Source of the DNA: Candidatus Latescibacterota bacterium
GTDB lineage: Bacteria > Latescibacterota > UBA2968 > UBA8231
DNA: 64,000 nt
Assembly (NCBI GenBank): GCA_965215195.1
Contig: CBDCDC010000002.1
Span: 2,528,001 to 2,592,000, forward strand
Direction of reading: 5' to 3'
The notes under the pieces are model-generated. The model was not told the origin of the DNA. It did not search any database and was given only the letters and a program-made list of their open reading frames with translations. Position numbers and translations under genes: made by a program. Positions 61,711 through 64,000 of this stretch are shown piece by piece; position 1 is the first letter of the stretch; every line of letters begins with the position of its first letter.

Positions 61711-61945
61711 TTACAGGCGGAATAAGGGCTACCTCGTCGCCCGCTTTTAACGCGGTATGGCTCCCCGCGTACTCGGAATTAACCGCAATCGACAACACCT
61801 GCTGCACCGCGGCCAGTTGCGGATACGCGGCCACGAGCTCGCGCTGCAAATCCGCGACCCGGTAGCCTTCCGCAATCTCCCAGTCGCAGCTTCTGTGGCC
61901 GACTGCATCGCGGCAGGAAGCAAAAAATAAAACCTTGATTTTCAT
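61700..61945 (-). CDS. moaD: Molybdopterin synthase sulfur carrier subunit
   Basis: KVLFFA, AVN and C-terminal GDEVALIPPVSGG. Confidence 0.93.
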   Translation of the reverse strand: MKIKVLFFASCRDAVGHRSCDWEIAEGYRVADLQRELVAAYPQLAAVQQVLSIAVNSEYAGSHTALKAGDEVALIPPVSGG

Positions 61946-61990
61946 ATCCAAGCGCAATAACGCCGCGGCCTTGCACAACGGGCCGCGGCG

Positions 61991-62027
61991 AAAAAAAGGA
62001 AATGGGACCCTTTTGAGGCCCCATTTC
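61991..62027 (-). terminator. Intrinsic terminator after the large surface-protein gene
   Basis: Minus strand GAAAUGGGGCCU-CAAAA-GGGUCCCAUUUC followed by C and a 7-U run. Confidence 0.8.
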
Positions 62028-62061
62028 ACTCACTGATTACTGCTGTTGTCTCACTGAAGAA

Positions 62062-64000
62062 CTACCTGAGCAGCACCATTTTGCGCTTAGCTACGTAGTC
62101 GCCGGCATGGAGCAAGTAAAAATACATGCCGCTGGCAACGCTAGCGCCGCTTTCGTTCCGGCCATCCCACATGGCTTGGTACTGACCTGCGGCCAGCGAC
62201 TCGCCATCAACCAGCTTGCGCACGACCTGACCCGCGATGTTGTAAATCGTCAGAGAGACGATGGCATCGCTGCTCAGCTCGTAGGGAATTGTCGTTTCTG
62301 GATTGAATGGGTTGGGATAGTTCTGACTCAGCGAATTGGCCAAAGGCACGGCCGCTAGCTGCTTGGCGGCAGCCCAAGCCGCGCTGAAGTCAACCGCCAA
62401 GTCGAGAGTCTTGCCGGCAGCATTCTCAGTGGTGGTACTCGCCTGAATGCTAAGGAAAGACACGACCTCAGCGTCAACCTCAATCGACGAATTGCCGTCG
62501 GTATCGGTCGTATTGCGCAAGAACGCGCTACCGCCAGGGGGAATCGTGCCGATACCGAGCACGGACACCGACTGCACACTCCGGTTATAGACATCCCACA
62601 AGATGCGCTGCCCCTCGCCCGGATTGCCCCAGAGATTGGTAAAATTGACCGAGTACTCGATCTCGCCAGGACTACTGTCATCGACCGCGCCCGTGTCGGC
62701 ACCAGAAATCAACGCGTTGCCAACCAGCGGTGCGGCGGCCGCCAGCATCGGATCCGGCCGATTGAGGTGCATGCTGCGATTCAACAACTCGGCATCCAAG
62801 TAATCGCGCATACCGGACGACGGGCCGAGGGACACACTGTGGATCACAATCTCCGCCTCCGTCTCTTCGGTAAAGCTGTCCGACGTGACAAGGGTAAAGG
62901 TTCCCAGTACACTATCGTCATTTACGGCGTCGTCATTGAGACTAACGACGGCACCACCTTGCACCTGACTCCCAGAGACTTCCACGGCCGGGGCCGACAG
63001 GCTAAACGCATCGGAACCCGCAAACGTGGTGGCCGCCAGATCAAAGGCATCCGCTGGCGACACTGTCAAGGTGACCGCAACCTGCTCAACGCCCACTAGC
63101 CCGGCCGCCGACAATTCAACTGGGATTTCTATACCCGGACCCGCGACTAGCTCATTGCGGGCCTTGTCATCGCTATTGAGGGAAACCTGCTCGACGAACA
63201 TCAACTGGTCGGCATCTGGCACCGCCCACATAGCGTTGAAGTCAACCGCCAAGCGCCTAACAGCACCGGCTGCATTCACAAGGTCCGTGCGCGCCCGAAC
63301 TTCGAGCGAAGTCGCAGCCGCCTTTAAGTTGCCTTCGGAGTCAAACTGAATCGCTGCATCGCCAGCCCCATCGGTCACATTCCGCAGGCATACATAGGCC
63401 CCGGAGGGAACCTCACCAACACCGAGCAGATAGACGGACCTCGAACCATTATTGGTGATGTCCCAAGCAATAGTTTGGCCCTTGGCAGAGTTGCCTTGGA
63501 AATTGACCGAAAACTCGAGCTCGCCGGGGCTGCCATCGGTAACCGCACCCGTGCCAATAGGCGAATAGGCCGGATTAGCCGCCAGCGACGAAGTGGCCGT
63601 CAGTGTCGCAGGGTTTATGGGCCAGTTGACGATCACGCCAAGGCCCAACGCCGCGGCGTCAAAAACATCTCGATCCACCGACGAGGCCCCCAAGGACGCG
63701 CTGTTCACCCAAATCTCAGCCGACGAATCTTCGTCAAAACTACTCGACGTCGTGAGGGTAAAAACACCCAAAGCACCATCGCCATCTACCGTCTCGCCGA
63801 GGGTGGCCACACCGCTTTTGATCTGCCCATCCCCTAACAATTCCACGCCAGGCGAAAAGCCAAAAGCAGGGGTAAACGTCGTCGCCGCTAAATCAAAGGC
63901 ATCAGCAGGCAATACTGTCAGGGTAACTTCAACTTGCTTTACCCCGACCATTCCAGCAGCCGACAGTGCCACCTGAACTTGTTCACCAGCACCGGCGGAT
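62062..64000 (-). CDS. Large repetitive secreted/surface protein with C-terminal FlgD-Ig/T9SS type A-like domain; 5'-truncated by window edge
   Basis: The frame is open to the window end. It has two copies of a ~250-280-aa two-domain module and C-terminal LSQNYPNPFNPET...YNIAGQVVRKL...WDGRNESG..VASGMYFY. Confidence 0.85.
   Translation of the reverse strand, partial: SAGAGEQVQVALSAAGMVGVKQVEVTLTVLPADAFDLAATTFTPAFGFSPGVELLGDGQIKSGVATLGETVDGDGALGVFTLTTSSSFDEDSSAEIWVNSASLGASSVDRDVFDAAALGLGVIVNWPINPATLTATSSLAANPAYSPIGTGAVTDGSPGELEFSVNFQGNSAKGQTIAWDITNNGSRSVYLLGVGEVPSGAYVCLRNVTDGAGDAAIQFDSEGNLKAAATSLEVRARTDLVNAAGAVRRLAVDFNAMWAVPDADQLMFVEQVSLNSDDKARNELVAGPGIEIPVELSAAGLVGVEQVAVTLTVSPADAFDLAATTFAGSDAFSLSAPAVEVSGSQVQGGAVVSLNDDAVNDDSVLGTFTLVTSDSFTEETEAEIVIHSVSLGPSSGMRDYLDAELLNRSMHLNRPDPMLAAAAPLVGNALISGADTGAVDDSSPGEIEYSVNFTNLWGNPGEGQRILWDVYNRSVQSVSVLGIGTIPPGGSAFLRNTTDTDGNSSIEVDAEVVSFLSIQASTTTENAAGKTLDLAVDFSAAWAAAKQLAAVPLANSLSQNYPNPFNPETTIPYELSSDAIVSLTIYNIAGQVVRKLVDGESLAAGQYQAMWDGRNESGASVASGMYFYLLHAGDYVAKRKMVLLR

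Overview
A GC-rich bacterial window. It is most likely from a diderm of the FCB superphylum, probably Candidatus Latescibacterota or a relative; this is inferred from gene content (three proteins with a C-terminal PNP(F)NP/FlgD-Ig domain, ASPIC/UnbV, PhyH and sulfatase genes, mcsA-mcsB-clpC next to bamA) and not from a database search. Positions 1 to ~18.6 kb are an accessory catabolic/surface region: a partial outer-membrane-like protein, two GH32/43-like propeller proteins, a secreted FlgD-domain protein, a CRTAC1/ASPIC protein with an apparent CTG start, a TPR protein, a DUF6785-type membrane protein, a dehydrogenase-propeller-nitrilase-dipeptidase operon, two tandem PhyH-family Fe/2OG enzymes with H-x-G instead of H-x-D/E, an lspA-like remnant and a sulfatase. 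From ~18.6 kb to the end nearly everything is on the minus strand and housekeeping: ilvE, rsmA, holB, a MalK-type ATPase, rimI, tsaB, ruvBAC, yebC, an EF-G paralog, a full rRNA operon (16S, tRNA-Ile(GAT), 23S, 5S), rhamnose isomerase, pyrB, fabZ, skp, bamA, clpC-mcsB-mcsA, lolD/lolE, prfB with a +1 frameshift, an S8 protease, lolA, ftsK, a VWA protein, tsaD, a YbbR-like protein, a small Zn-ribbon protein, a dual-specificity phosphatase, moaE/moaD and a 5'-truncated repetitive surface protein. No CRISPR array, transposase or integrase was seen. The best candidates for new biology are the halogenase-like HxG dioxygenase pair, the lpxD/lpxA-less bamA-skp-fabZ cluster, the CtsR-less arginine-kinase/ClpC module embedded among envelope genes, and two self-contained small-protein genes.
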